Of a stretch of 64,000 bases of DNA, positions 11,201-26,200 are shown piece by piece; position 1 is the first letter of the stretch, and every line of letters begins with the position of its first letter. This DNA is from Eledone cirrhosa (Eukaryota). The translations under genes and the position numbers were made by a program. Under the pieces are notes generated by a model, which was not told the DNA's origin, ran no database searches, and saw only the letters and a list, made by a program, of their open reading frames with translations. The DNA is taken from positions 8,122,001-8,186,000 of the forward strand of contig OZ024761.1 of the NCBI GenBank assembly GCA_964016885.1, written 5' to 3'.

Positions 11201-14200
11201 ACACCACCACCTGCCTATAGTAAAGTATGTCCTGGTCTAGGTCTAGTTTAACACCACCACCTGTCTATAGTAAAGTCTGTCCTGGTCTAGGTCTAGTTTA
11301 ACACGACCACCTGTCTATAGTAAAGTATGTCCTGGTCTAGCCCTAGTTTAACACCACCACCTGTCTATAGTAAAGTCTATCTTGGTCTAGGTCTAGTTTA
11401 ACACCACCACCTGTCTATAGTAAAGTCTATCTTGGTCTAGGTCTAGTTTAACACCACCACCTGTCTATAGTAAAGTCTATCTTGGTCTAGGTCTAGTTTA
11501 ACACCACCACCTGCCTATAGTAAAGTATGTCCTGGTCTAGGTCTAGTTTAACACCACCACCTGTCTATAGTAAAGTCTGTCCTGGTCTAGGTCTAGTTTA
11601 ACACGACCACCTGTCTATAGTAAAGTATGTCCTGGTCTAGGTCTAGTTTAACACCACCACCTGTCTATAGTAAAGTCTATCTTGGTCTAGGTCTAGTTTA
11701 ACACCACCACCTGTCTATAGTAAAGTCTGTCCTGCTCTAGGTCTAGTTTAACACCAGCACCTGTCTATAGTAAAGTATGTCCTGGTCTAGGTCTAGTTTA
11801 ACACCACCACCTGTCTATAGTAAAGTATGTCCTGGTCTAGGCCTAATTTAACACCAGCACCTGTCTATAGTAAAGTATGTCCTGGTCTAGGTCTAGTTTA
11901 ACACCACCACCTGTCTATAGTAAAGTATGTCCTGGTCTAGGTCTAGTTTAACACCACCACCTGTCTATAGTAAAGTATGTCCTGGTCTAGGTCTAGTTTA
12001 ACACCACCACCGGTCTATAGTAAAGTATGTCCTGGTCTAGGTCTAGTTTAACAACAACACCTGTCTATAGTAAAGTATGTCCTGGTCTAGGTCTAGTTTA
12101 ACACCACCACCTGTCTATAGTAAAGTCTGTCCTGGTCTAGGTCTAGTTTAACACCACCACCTGTCTATAGTAAAGTATGTCCTGGTCTAGGTCTAGTTTA
12201 ACACCACCACCTGTCTATAGTAAAGACTGTCCTGATCTAGGTCTAGTTTAACACCACCACCTGTCTATAGTAAAGTATGTCCTGGTCTAGGTCTAGTTTA
12301 ACACCACCACCTGTCTATAGTAAAGTCTGTCCTGGTCTAGGTCTAGTTTAACACCACCACCTGTCTATAGTAAAGTATGTCCTGGTATAGATCTAGTTTA
12401 ACACCACCACCTGTCTATAGTAAAGTATGTCCTGGTCTAGGCCTAGTTTAACACCACCACCTGTCTATAGTAAAGTCTGACCTGGTCTAGGTCTAGTTTA
12501 ACACCACCACCTGTCTATAGTAAAGTCTGACCTGGTCTAGGTCTAGTTCAACACCATCACCTGTCTATAGTAAAGTCTGTCCTGGTCTAGTTTAACACCA
12601 CCACCTGTCTATAGTAAAGTATGTCCTGGTCTAGGTCTAGTTTAACACCACCAGCTGTCTATAGTAAAGCCTGTCCTGGTCTAGTTTAACACCACCACCT
12701 GTCTATAGTAAGGTCTGTCCTGGTCTAGGTCTAGTTTAACACCACCACCTGTCTATAGTAAAGTTTATCCTGGTGTAGGTCTAGTTTAACACCACCACCT
12801 GTCTATAGTAAAGTATGTCCTGGTCTAAGCCTAGTTTAACACCACCACCTGTCTATAGTAAAGTATGTCCTGGTCTGGGTCTAGTTTAACACCAGCACCT
12901 GTCTATAGTAAAGTCTGTCCTGGTCTAGGTCTAGTTTAACACCAGCACCTGTCTATGGTAAAGTATGTTCTGGTCTAGGCCTAGTTTAACACCACCAGCT
13001 GTCTATAGTAAAGTCTGTCCTGGTCTAGGTCTAGTTTAACACCACCACCTGTCTATAGTAACGTCTGTCCTGGTCTAGGTCTAGTTTAACACCACCACCT
13101 GTCTATAGTAAAGTCTGTCCTGGTCTAGGTCTAGTTTAACACCACCACCTGTCTATAGTAAAGTCTGTCCTGGTCTAGGTCTAGTTTAACACCACCACCT
13201 GTCTATAGTAAAGTCTGTCCTTGTCTAGGTCTAGTTTAACACCACCACCTGTCTATAGTAAAGTCTGTCCTGGTCTAGGTCTAGTTTAACACCACCACCT
13301 GTCTATAGTAAAGTATGTCCTGGTCTAGGTCTAGTTTAACACCACCACCTGTCTATAGTAAAGTCTGTCCTGGTCTAGGTCTAGTTTGACACCAGCACCT
13401 GTCTATGGTAAAGTATGTCCTGGTCTAGGCCTAGTTGAACACCACCACCTGTCTATAGTAAAGTATGTCCTGATCTAGGTCTAGTTTAACACCAGCACCT
13501 GTCTATAGTAAAGTATGTCCTGGTCTAGGTCTAGTTTAACACCACCACCTGTCTATAGTAAAGTCTGTCCTGGTCTAGGTCTAGTTTAACACCACCACCT
13601 GTCTAGAGTAGAGTCTGTCCTGGTCTAGGTCTAGTTTAACACCACCACCTGTCTATAGTAAAGTATGTCCTGGTCTAGATCTAGTTTAACACCACCACCT
13701 GTCTATAGTAAAGTATGTCCTGGTCTAGGCCTAGTTTAACACCACCACCTGTCTATAGTAAAGTCTGACCTGGTCTAGGTCTAGTTTAACACCACCACCT
13801 GTCTATAGTAAAGTATGTCCTGGTCTAGGCCTAGTTTAACACCACCACCTGTCTATAGTAAAGTCGGTCCTGGTCTAGTTTAAAACCACCACCTGTCTAT
13901 AGTAAGGTCTGTCCTGGTCTAGGTCTAGTTTAACACCACCACCTGTCTATAGTAAAGTCTGTGCTGCTCCAGGTCTAGTTTAACACCACCACCTGTCTAT
14001 AGTAAAGTATGTCCTGGTCTAGGTCTAGTTTAACACCACCACCTGTCTATAGTAAAGTTTATCCTGGTGTAGGTCTAGTTTAACACCACCACCTGTCTAT
14101 ATTCAAGTATGTCCTGGTCTAGGTCTAGTTTAACACCACCACCTGTCTATAGTAAAGTATGTCCTGGTCTAGGTCTAGTTTAACACCACCACCTGTCTAT

Positions 14201-17200
14201 AGTAAAGTATGTCCTGGTCTAGGTCTAGTTTAACACCACCACCTGTCTATAGTAAAGTATGCCCTGGTCTAGGTCTAGTTTAACACCACCACCTGTCTAT
14301 AGTAAAGTCTGTCCTGGTCTAGATCTAGTTTAACACCACCACCTGTCTATAGTAAAGTGTGTCCTGGTCTAGGTCTAGTTTAACACCACCACCTGTCTAT
14401 AGTAAAGTATGTCCTGGTGTAGGTCTAGTTTAACACCACCACCTGTCTATAGTAAAGTATGTCCTGGTGTAGGTCTAGTTTAACACCACCACCTGTCTAT
14501 AGTAAAGTATGTCCTGGTCTAGGTCTAGTTTAACACCACCACCTGTCTATAGTAAAGTATGTCCTGGTCTAGATCTAGTTTAACACCAGCACCTGTCTAT
14601 AGTAAAGTATGTCCTGGTCTAGGTCTAGTTTAACACCACCACCTGTCTATAGTAAAGTATGTCCTGGTATAAGCCTAGCTTAACACCACCACCTGTCTAT
14701 AGTAAAGTATGTCCTGGTCTGGGTCTAGTTTAACACCAGCACCTGTCTATAGTAAAATCTGTCCTGGTCTAGGTCTAGTTTAACACCACCACCTGTCTAT
14801 AGTAAAGTATGTTCTGGTCTAGGCCTAGTTTAACACCACCACCTGTCTATAGTAAAGTCTGTCCTGGTCTAGGTCTAGTTTAACACCACCACCTGTCTAT
14901 AGTAAAGTCTGTCCTGGTCTAGGCCTAGTTTACCACCACCACCTGTCTATAGTAAAGTATGTCCTGGTCTAGGTCTAGTTTAACACCACCACCTGTCTAT
15001 AGTAAAGTCTGTCCTGGTCTAGGTCTAGTTTAACACCACCACCTGTCTATAGTAAAGTCTGTCCTTGTCTAGGTCTAGTTTAACACCACCACCTGTCTAT
15101 AGTAAAGTCTGTCCTGGTCTAGGTCTAGTTTAACACCACCACCTGTCTATAGTAAAGTATGTCCAGGTCTAGGTCTAGTTTAACACCACCACCTGTCTAT
15201 AGTAAAGTCTGTCCTGGTCTAGGTCTAGTTTAACACCACCACCTGTCTATAGTAAAGTCTGTCCTAGTTTAGGTCTAGTTTAACACCACCACCTGTCTAT
15301 AGTAAAGTATGTCCTGGTCTAGGTCTAGTTTAACACCACCACCTGTCTATAGTAAAGTCTGTCCTGGTCTAGGTCTAGTTTAACACCACCACCTGTCTAT
15401 AGTAAAGTCTATCTTGGTCTAGGTCTAGTTTAACACCACCACCTGTCTATAGTAAAGTCTGTCCTGCTCTAGGTCTAGTTTAACACCAGCACCTGTCTAT
15501 AGTAAAGTATGTCCTGGTCTAGGTCCAGTTTAACACGACCACCTGTCTATAGTAAAGTACGTCCTGGTCTAGCCCTAGTTTAACACCACCACCTGTCTAT
15601 AGTAAAGTATGTCCTGGTCTAGGTCTAGTTTAACACCACCACCTGTCTATAGTAAAGTCTATCTTGGTCTAGGTCTAGGTTAACACCACCACCTGTCTAT
15701 AGTAAAGTCTGTCCTGCTCTAGGTCTAGTTTAACACCAGCACCTGTCTATAGTAAAGTATGTCCTGGTCTAGGTCTAGTTTAACACCACCACCTGTCTAT
15801 AGTAAAGTATGTCCTGGTCTAGGCCTAGTTTAACACCAGCACCTGTCTATAGTAAAGTATGTCCTGGTCTAGGTCTAGTTTAACACCACCACCTGTCTAT
15901 AGTAAAGTATGTCCTGGTCTAGGTCTAGTTTAACACCACCACCGGTCTATAGTAAAGTATGTCCTGGTCTAGGTCTAGTTTAAGAACAACACCTATCTAT
16001 AGTAAAGTATGTCCTGGTCTAGGTCTAGTTTAACACCACCACCTGTCTATAGTAAAGTCTGTCCTGGTCTAGGTCTAGTTTAACACCACCACCTGTCTAT
16101 AGTAAAGTATGTCCTGGTCTAGGTCTAGTTTAACACCACCACCTGTCTATAGTAAAGACTGTCCTGATCTAGGTCTAGTTTAACACCACCACCTGTCTAT
16201 AGTAAAGTCTGTCCTGGTCTAGGTCTAGTTTAACACCACCACATGTCTATAGTAAAGTCTGTCCTGGTCTAGGCCTAGTTTAACACCACCACCTGTCTAT
16301 AGTAAAGTATGTCCTGGTCTAGGTCTAGTTTAACACCACCACCTGTCTATAGTAAAGTATGTCCTGGTCTAGGTCTAGTTTAACACCACCACCGGTCTAT
16401 AGTAAAGTATGTCCTGGTCTAGGTCTAGTTTAAGAACAACACCTATCTATAGTAAAGTATGTCCTGGTCTAGGTCTAGTTTAACACCACCACCTGTCTAT
16501 AGTAAAGTCTGTCCTGGTCTAGGTCTAGTTTAACACCACCACCTGTCTATAGTAAAGTATGTCCTGGTCTAGGTCTAGTTTAACACCACCACCTGTCTAT
16601 AGTAAAGACTGTCCTGATCTAGGTCTAGTTTAACACCACCACCTGTCTATAGTAAAGTCTGTCCTGGTCTAGGTCTAGTTTAACACCACCACATGTCTAT
16701 AGTAAAGTCTGTCCTGGTCTAGGTCTAGTTTAACACCACCACCTGTCTATAGTAAAGTATGTCCTGGTATAGATCTAGTTTAACACCACCACCTGTCTAT
16801 AGTAAAGTATGTCCTGGTCTAGGCCTAGTTTAACACCACCACCTGTCTATAGTAAAGTCTGACCTGGTCTAGGTCTAGTTTAACACCACCACCTGTCTAT
16901 AGTAAAGTCTGACCTGGTCTAGGTCTAGTTCAACACCATCACCTGTCTATAGTAAAGTCTGTCCTGGTCTAGGTCTAGTTTAACACCACCACCTGTCTAT
17001 AGTAAAGTATGTCCTGGTCTAGGTCTAGTTTAACACCACCAGCTGTCTATAGTAAAGCCTGTCCTGGTCTAGTTTAACACCACCACCTGTCTATAGTAAG
17101 GTCTGTCCTGGTCTAGGTCTAGTTTAACACCACCACCTGTCTATAGTAAAGTTTATCCTGGTGTAGGTCTAGTTTAACACCACCACCTGTCTATAGTAAA

Positions 17201-20200
17201 GTATGTCCTGGTCTAAGCCTAGTTTAACACCACCACCTGTCTATAGTAAAGTATGTCCTGGTCTGGGTCTAGTTTAACACCAGCACCTGTCTATAGTAAA
17301 GTCTGTCCTGGTCTAGGTCTAGTTTAACACCAGCACCCGTCTATGGTAAAGTATGTTCTGGTCTAGGCCTAGTTTAACACCACCAGCTGTCTATAGTAAA
17401 GTCTGTCCTGGTCTAGGTCTAGTTTAACACCACCACCTGTCTATAGTAACGTCTGTCCTGGTCTAGGTCTAGTTTAACACCACCACCTGTCTATAGTAAA
17501 GTCTGTCCTTGTCTAGGTCTAGTTTAACACCACCACCTGTCTATAGTAAAGTCTGTCCTGGTCTAGGTCTAGTTTAACACCACCACCTGTCTATAGTAAA
17601 GTCTGTCCTGGTCTAGGTCTAGTTTAACACCACCACCTGTCTATAGTAAAGTCTGTCCTTGTCTAGGTCTAGTTTAACACCACCACCTGTCTATAGTAAA
17701 GTCTGTCCTGGTCTAGGTCTAGTTTAACACCACCACCTGTCTATAGTAAAGTATGTCCTGGTCTAGGTCTAGTTTAACACCACCACCTGTCTATAGTAAA
17801 GTCTGTCCTGGTCTAGGTCTAGTTTGACACCAGCACCTGTCTATGGTAAAGTATGTCCTGGTCTAGGCCTAGTTTAACACCACCACCTGTCTATAGTAAA
17901 GTATGTCCTGGTCTAGGTCTAGTTTAACACCACCACCTGTCTATAGTAAAGTATGTCCTGGTCTAGGTCTAGTTTAACACCACCACCTGTCTATAGTAAA
18001 GTCTGTCCTGGTCTAGGTCTAGTTTAACACCACCACCTGTCTAGAGTAGAGTCTGTCCTGGTCTAGGTCTAGTTTAACACCACCACCTGTCTATAGTAAA
18101 GTATGTCCTGGTCTAGATCTAGTTTAACACCACCACCTGTCTATAGTAAAGTATGTCCTGGTCTAGGCCTAGTTTAACACCACCACCTGTCTATAGTAAA
18201 GTCTGTCCTGGTCTAGTTTAACACCACCACCTGTCTATAGTAAAGTATGTCCTGGTCGAGGTCTAGTTTAACACCACCACCTGTCTATAGTAAAGTATGT
18301 CCTGGTGTAGGTCTAGTTTAACACCACCACCTGTCTATAGTAAAGTATATCCTGGTCTAGGTCTAGTTTAACACCACAAGCTGTCTATAGTAAAGTCTGT
18401 CCTGGTCTAGTTTAAAACCACCACCTGTCTATAGTAAGGTCTGTCGTGGTCTAGGTCTAGTTTAACACCACCACCTGTCTATAGTAAAGTCTGTGCTGCT
18501 CCAGGTCTAGTTTAACACCACCACCTGTCTATAGTAAAGTATGTCCTGGTCTAGGTCTAGTTTAACACCACCACCTGTCTATAGTAAAGTTTATCCTGGT
18601 GTAGGTCTAGTTTAACACCACCACCTGTCTATATTCAAGTATGTCCTGGTCTAGGTCTAGTTTAACACCACCACCTGTCTATAGTAAAGTATGTCCTGGT
18701 CTAGGTCTAGTTTAACACCACCACCTGTCTATAGTAAAGTATGTCCTGGTCTAGGTCTAGTTTAACACCACCACCTGTCTATAGTAAAGTATGCCCTGGT
18801 CTAGGTCTAGTTTAACACCACCACCTGTCTATAGTAAAGTATGTCCTGGTCTAGATCTAGTTTAACACCAGCACCTGTCTATAGTAAAGTATGTCCTGGT
18901 CTAGGTCTAGTTTAACACCACCACCTGTCTATAGTAAAGTATGTCCTGGTATAAGCCTAGCTTAACACCACCACCTGTCTATAGTAAAGTATGTCCTGCT
19001 CTGGGTCTAGTTTAACACCAGCACCTGTCTATAGTAAAATCTGTCCTGGTCTAGGTCTAGTTTAACACCAGCACCTGTCTATGGTCAAGTATGTTCTGGT
19101 CTAGGTTTAGTTTAACACCACCAGCTGTCTATAGTAAAGTCTGTCCTGGTCTAGGTCTAGTTTAACACCACCACCTGTCTATAGTAAACTATGTCCTGGT
19201 CTGGGTCTAGTTTAACACCAGCACCTGTTATAGTAAAGTTTATGCTGGTGTAGGTCTAGTTTAACACCACCACCTGTCTATAGTAAAGTATGTCCTGGTC
19301 TAGGTCTAGTTTAACACCACCACCTGTCTATAGTAAAGTATGTCCTGGTCTAGGTCTAGTTTAACACCACCACCTGTCTATAGTAAAGTATGTCCTGGTC
19401 TAGATCTAGTTTAACACCAGCACCTGTCTATAGTAAAGTATGTCCTGGTCTAGGTCTAGTTTAACACCACCACCTGTCCATAGTAAAGTATGTCTTGGTC
19501 TAAGCCTAGTTTAACACCACCACCTGTCTATAGTAAACTATGTCCTGGTCTGGGTCTAGTTTAACACCAGCACCTGTCTATAGTAAAGTCTGTCCTGGTC
19601 TAGGTCTAGTTTAACGCCAGCACCTGTCTATGGTAAAGTATGTTCTGGTCTAGGCCTAGTTTAACACCACCACCTGTCTATAGTAAAGTCTGTCCTGGTC
19701 TAGGTCTAGTTTAACACCACCACCTGTCTATAGTAAAGTCTGTCCTGGTCTAGGTCTAGTTTAACACCGCCACCTGTCTATAGTAAAGTCTGTCCTTGTC
19801 TAGGTCTAGTTTAACACCACCACCTGTCTATAGTAAAGTCTGTCCTGGTCTAGGTCTAGTTTAACACCACCACCTGTCTATAGTAAAGTATGTCCTGGTC
19901 TAGGTCTAGTTTAACACCACCACCTGTCTATAGTAAAGTCTGTCCTGGTCTAGGTCTAGTTTAACACCACCACCTGTCTATAGTAAAGTCTGTCCTTGTC
20001 TAGGTCTAGTTTAACACCACCACCTGTCTATAGTAAAGTCTGTCCTGGTCTAGGTCTAGTTTAACACCACCACCTGTCTATAGTAAAGTATGTCCTGGTC
20101 TAGGTCTAGTTTAACACCACCACCTGTCTATAGTAAAGTCTGTCCTGGTCTAGGTCTAGTTTAACACCAGCACCTGTCTATGGTAAAGTATGTCCTGGTC

Positions 20201-23200
20201 TAGGCCTAGTTTAACACCACCACCTGTCTATAGTAAAGTCTGTCCTGGTCTAGGTCTAGTTTAACACCACCACCTGTCTATGGTAAAGTATGTCCTGGTC
20301 TAGGTCTAGTTTTACACCAGCACCTGTCTATAGTAAAGTCTGTCCTGGTCTAGGTCTAGTTTAACACCACCACCTGTCTATGGTAAAGTATGTCCTGGTC
20401 TAGGTCTAGTTTAACACCACCACCTGTCTATGGTAAAGTCTGTCCTGGTCTAGGTCTAGTTTAACACCACCACCTGTCTATAGTAAAGTATGTCCTGGTC
20501 TAGGTCTAGTTTAACACCACCACCTGTCTATGGTAAAGTCTGTCCTGGTCTAGGTCTAGTTTAACACCACCACCTGTCTATAGTAAAGTATGTCCTGGTC
20601 TAGGTCTAGTTTAACACCACCACCTGTCTATAGTAAAGTCTGTCCTGGTCTAGGTCTAGTTTAACACCAACACCTGTCTATAGTAAAGTATGTCCTGGTC
20701 TAGGTCTAGTTTAACACCATCACCTGTCTATAGTAAAGTCTGTCCTGGTCTAGGTCTAGTTTAACACCACCACCTGTCTATAGTAAAGTATGTCCTGGTC
20801 TAGGTCTAGTTTAACACCACCACCTGTCTATAGTAAAGTATGTCCTGGTCTAGGTCTAGTTTAACACCACCACCTGTCTATAGTAAAGTCTGTCCTGGTC
20901 TAGGTCTAGTTTAACACCACCACCTGTCTATAGTAAAGTATGTCCTGGTCTAAGCCTAGTTTAACACCACCACCTGTCTATAGTAAAGTATGTCCTGGTC
21001 TAGGTCTAGTTTAACACCACCACCTGTCTATAGTAAAGTCTGTCCTGGTCTAGGTCTAGTTTAACACCACCACCTGTCTATAGTAAAGTATGTCCTGGTC
21101 TAGGTCTAGTTTAACACCACCACCTGTCTATAGTAAAGTATGTCCTGGTCTAGGTCTAGTTTAACACCACCACCTGTCTATAGTAAAGTCTGTCCTGGTC
21201 TAGGTCTAGTTTAACACCACCACCTGTCTATAGTAAAGTATGTCCTGGTCTAAGCCTAGTTTAACACCACCACCTGTCTATAGTAAAGTATGTCCTGGTC
21301 TAGGTCTAGTTTAACACCACCACCTGTCTATAGTAAAGTCTGTCCTGGTCTAGGTCTAGTTTAACACCACCACCTGTCTAGAGTAGAGTCTGTCCTGGTC
21401 TAGGTCTAGTTTAACACCACCACCTGTCTATAGTAAAGTATGTCCTGGTCTAGATCTAGTTTAACACCACCACCTGTCTATAGTAAAGTATGTCCTGGTC
21501 TAGGCCTAGTTTAACACCACCACCTGTCTATAGTAAAGTCTGTCCTGGTCTAGTTTAACACCACCACCTGTCTATAGTAAAGTATGTCCTGGTCTAGGTC
21601 TAGTTTAACACCACCACCTGTCTATAGTAAAGTATATCCTGGTCTAGGTCTAGTTTAACACCACAAGCTGTCTATAGTAAAGTCTGTCCTGGTCTAGTTT
21701 AAAACCACCACCTGTCTATAGTAAGGTCTGTCCTGGTCTAGGTCTAGTTTAACACCACCACCTGTCTATAGTAAAGTCTGTGCTGCTCCAGGTCTAGTTT
21801 AACACCACCACCTGTCTATAGTAAAGTATGTCCTGGTCTAGGTCTAGTTTAACACCACCACCTGTCTATAGTAAAGTTTATCCTGGTGTAGGTCTAGTTT
21901 AACACCACCACCTGTCTATATTCAAGTATGTCCTGGTCTAGGTCTAGTTTAACACCACCACCTGTCTATAGTAAAGTATGTCCTGGTCTAGGTCTAGTTT
22001 AACACCACCACCTGTCTATAGTAAAGTATGTCCTGGTCTAGGTCTAGTTTAACACCACCACCTGTCTATAGTAAAGTATGCCCTGGTCTAGGTCTAGTTT
22101 AACACCACCACCTGTCTATAGTAAAGTATGTCCTGGTCTAGATCTAGTTTAACACCAGCACCTGTCTATAGTAACGTATGTCCTGGTCTAGGTCTAGTTT
22201 AACACCACCACCTGTCTATAGTAAAGTATGTCCTGGTATAAGCCTAGCTTAACACCACCACCTGTCTATAGTAAAGTATGTCCTGGTCTGGGTCTAGTTT
22301 AACACCAGCACCTGTCTATAGTAAAATCTGTCCTGGTCTAGGTCTAGTTTAACACCAGCACCTGTCTATGGTCAAGTATGTTCTGGTCTAGGCCTAGTTT
22401 AACACCACCAGCTGTCTATAGTAAAGTCTGTCCTGGTCTAGGTCTAGTTTAACACCACCACCTGTCTATAGTAAACTATGTCCTGGTCTGGGTCTAGTTT
22501 AACACCAGCACCTGTCTATAGTAAAGTTTATGCTGGTGTAGGTCTAGTTTAACACCACCACCTGTCTATAGTAAAGTATGTCCTGGTCTAGGTCTAGTTT
22601 AACACCACCACCTGTCTATAGTAAAGTATGTCCTGGTCTAGGTCTAGTTTAACACCACCACCTGTCTATAGTAAAGTATGTCCTGGTCTAGATCTAGTTT
22701 AACACCAGCACCTGTCTATAGTAAAGTATGTCCTGGTCTAGGTCTAGTTTAACACCACCACCTGTCCATAGTAAAGTATGTCCTGGTCTAAGCCTAGTTT
22801 AACACCACCACCTGTCTATAGTAAACTATGTCCTGGTCTGGGTCTAGTTTAACACCAGCACCTGTCTATAGTAAAGTCTGTCCTGGTCTAGGTCTAGTTT
22901 AACGCCAGCACCTGTCTATGGTAAAGTATGTTCTGGTCTAGGCCTAGTTTAACACCACCACCTGTCTATAGTAAAGTCTGTCCTGGTCTAGGTCTAGTTT
23001 AACACCACCACCTGTCTATAGTAAAGTCTGTCCTGGTCTAGGTCTAGTTTAACACCGCCACCTGTCTATAGTAAAGTCTGTCCTTGTCTAGGTCTAGTTT
23101 AACACCACCACCTGTCTATAGTAAAGTCTGTCCTGGTCTAGGTCTAGTTTAACACCACCACCTGTCTATAGTAAAGTATGTCCTGGTCTAGGTCTAGTTT

Positions 23201-26200
23201 AACACCACCACCTGTCTATAGTAAAGTCTGTCCTGGTCTAGGTCTAGTTTAACACCACCACCTGTCTATAGTAAAGTCTGTCCTTGTCTAGGTCTAGTTT
23301 AACACCACCACCTGTCTATAGTAAAGTCTGTCCTGGTCTAGGTCTAGTTTAACACCACCACCTGTCTATAGTAAAGTATGTCCTGGTCTAGGTCTAGTTT
23401 AACACCACCACCTGTCTATAGTAAAGTCTGTCCTGGTCTAGGTCTAGTTTAACACCAGCACCTGTCTATGGTAAAGTATGTCCTGGTCTAGGCCTAGTTT
23501 AACACCACCACCTGTCTATAGTAAAGTCTGTCCTGGTCTAGGTCTAGTTTAACACCAGCACCTGTCTATGGTAAAGTATGTCCTGGTCTAGGTCTAGTTT
23601 TACACCAGCACCTGTCTATAGTAAAGTCTGTCCTGGTCTAGGTCTAGTTTAACACCACCACCTGTCTATGGTAAAGTATGTCCTGGTCTAGGTCTAGTTT
23701 AACACCACCACCTGTCTATGGTAAAGTCTGTCCTGGTCTAGGTCTAGTTTAACACCACCACCTGTCTATAGTAAAGTATGTCCTGGTCTAGGTCTAGTTT
23801 AACACCACCACCTGTCTATGGTAAAGTCTGTCCTGGTCTAGGTCTAGTTTAACACCACCACCTGTCTATAGTAAAGTATGTCCTGGTCTAGGTCTAGTTT
23901 AACACCACCACCTGTCTATAGTAAAGTCTGTCCTGGTCTAGGTCTAGTTTAACACCAACACCTGTCTATAGTAAAGTATGTCCTGGTCTAGGTCTAGTTT
24001 AACACCATCACCTGTCTATAGTAAAGTCTGTCCTGGTCTAGGTCTAGTTTAACACCACCACCTGTCTATAGTAAAGTATGTCCTGGTCTAGGTCTAGTTT
24101 AACACCACCACCTGTCTATAGTAAAGTATGTCCTGGTCTAGGTCTAGTTTAACACCACCACCTGTCTATAGTAAAGTCTGTCCTGGTCTAGGTCTAGTTT
24201 AACACCACCACCTGTCTATAGTAAAGTATGTCCTGGTCTAAGCCTAGTTTAACACCACCACCTGTCTATAGTAAAGTATGTCCTGGTCTAGGTCTAGTTT
24301 AACACCACCACCTGTCTATAGTAAAGTCTGTCCTGGTCTAGGTCTAGTTTAACACCACCACCTGTCTATAGTAAAGTATGTCCTGGTCTAGGTCTAGTTT
24401 AACACCACCATCTGTCTATAGTAATGTCTGTCCTGGTCTAGATCTAGTTTAACACCACCACCTGTCTATAGTAAAGTCTGTCCTGGTCTAGGTCTAGTTT
24501 AACACCACCACCTGTCTATAGTAATGTCTGTCCTGGTCTAGATCTAGTTTAACACCACCACCTGTCTATAGTAAAGTTTGTCCTGGTCTAGGTCTAGTTT
24601 AACACCAGCACCTGTCTATAGTAAAGTCTGTCCTGGTCTAGATCTAGTTTAACACCACCACCTGTCTATAGTAAAGTCTGTCCTGGTCTAGGTCTAGTTT
24701 AACACCACCACCTGTCTATAGTAAAGTATGTCCTGGTCTAGGTCTAGTTTAACACCACCACCTGTCTATAGTAAAGTATGTCCTGGTCTAGGTCTAGTTT
24801 AACACCACCACCTGTCTATAGTAAAGTATGTCCTGGTCTAGGTCTAGTTTAACACCACCACCTGTCTATAGTAAAGTATGTCCTGGTCTAGGTCTAGTTT
24901 AACACCACCACCTGTCTATAGTAATGTCTGTCCTGGTCTAGATCTAGTTTAACACCACCACCTGTCTATAGTAAAGTCTGTCCTGGTCTAGATCTAGTTT
25001 AACACCACCACCTGTCTATAGTAAAGTATGTCCTGGTCTAGGTCTAGTTTAACACCACCACCTGTCTATAGTAAAGTATGTCCTGGTGTAGGTCTAGTTT
25101 AACACCACCACCTGTCTATAGTAAAGTATGTCCTGGTCTAGGTCTAGTTTAACACCACCACCTGTCTATAGTAAAGTATGTCCTGGTCTAGGTCTAGTTT
25201 AACACCACCACCTGTCTATAGTAAAGTATGTCCTGGTCTAGGTCTAGTTTAACACCACCACCTGTCTATAGTAAAGTATGTCCTGGTCTAGGTCTAGTTT
25301 AACACCACCACCTGTCTATAGTAAAGTATGTCCTGGTCTAGGCCTAGTTTAACACCACCACCTGTCTATAGTAAAGTATGTCCTGGTGTAGGTCTAGTTT
25401 AACACCACCACCTGTGTATAGTAAAGTATGTCCTGGTCTAGGCCTAGTTTAACACCACCACCTGTCTATAGTAAAGTCTGTCCTGGTGTAGGTCTAGTTT
25501 AACACCAGCACCTGTCTATAGTAAAGTCTGTCCTGGTCTAGGTCTAGTTTAACACCACCACCTGTCTATAGTAAAGTATGTCCTGGTCTAGGTCTAGTTT
25601 AACACCACCACCTGTCTATGGTAAAGTCTGTCCTGGTCTAGGTCTAGTTTAACACCACCACCTGTCTATAGTAAAGTATGTCCTGGTCTAGGTCTAGTTT
25701 AACACCACCACCTGTCTATAGTAAAGTCTGTCCTGGTCTAGGTCTAGTTTAACACCAACACCTGTCTATAGTAAAGTATGTCCTGGTCTAGGTCTAGTTT
25801 AACACCATCACCTGTCTATAGTAAAGTCTGTCCTGGTCTAGGTCTAGTTTAACACCACCACCTGTCTATAGTAAAGTATGTCCTGGTGTAGGTCTAGTTT
25901 AACACCACCACCTGTCTATAGTAAAGTATGTCCTGGTCTAAGCCTAGTTTAACACCACCACCTGTCTATAGTAAAGTCTGTCCTGATCTAGGTCTAGTTT
26001 AATACCACCACCTGTCTATAGTAAAGTCTGTCCTGGTCTAGGTCTAGTTTAACACCACCACCTGTCTATAGTAAAGTATGTCCTGGTCTAGGTCTAGTTT
26101 AACACCACCACCTGTCTATAGTAAAGTATGTCCTGGTCTAGGTCTAGTTTAACACCACCATCTGTCTATAGTAATGTCTGTCCTGGTCTAGATCTAGATT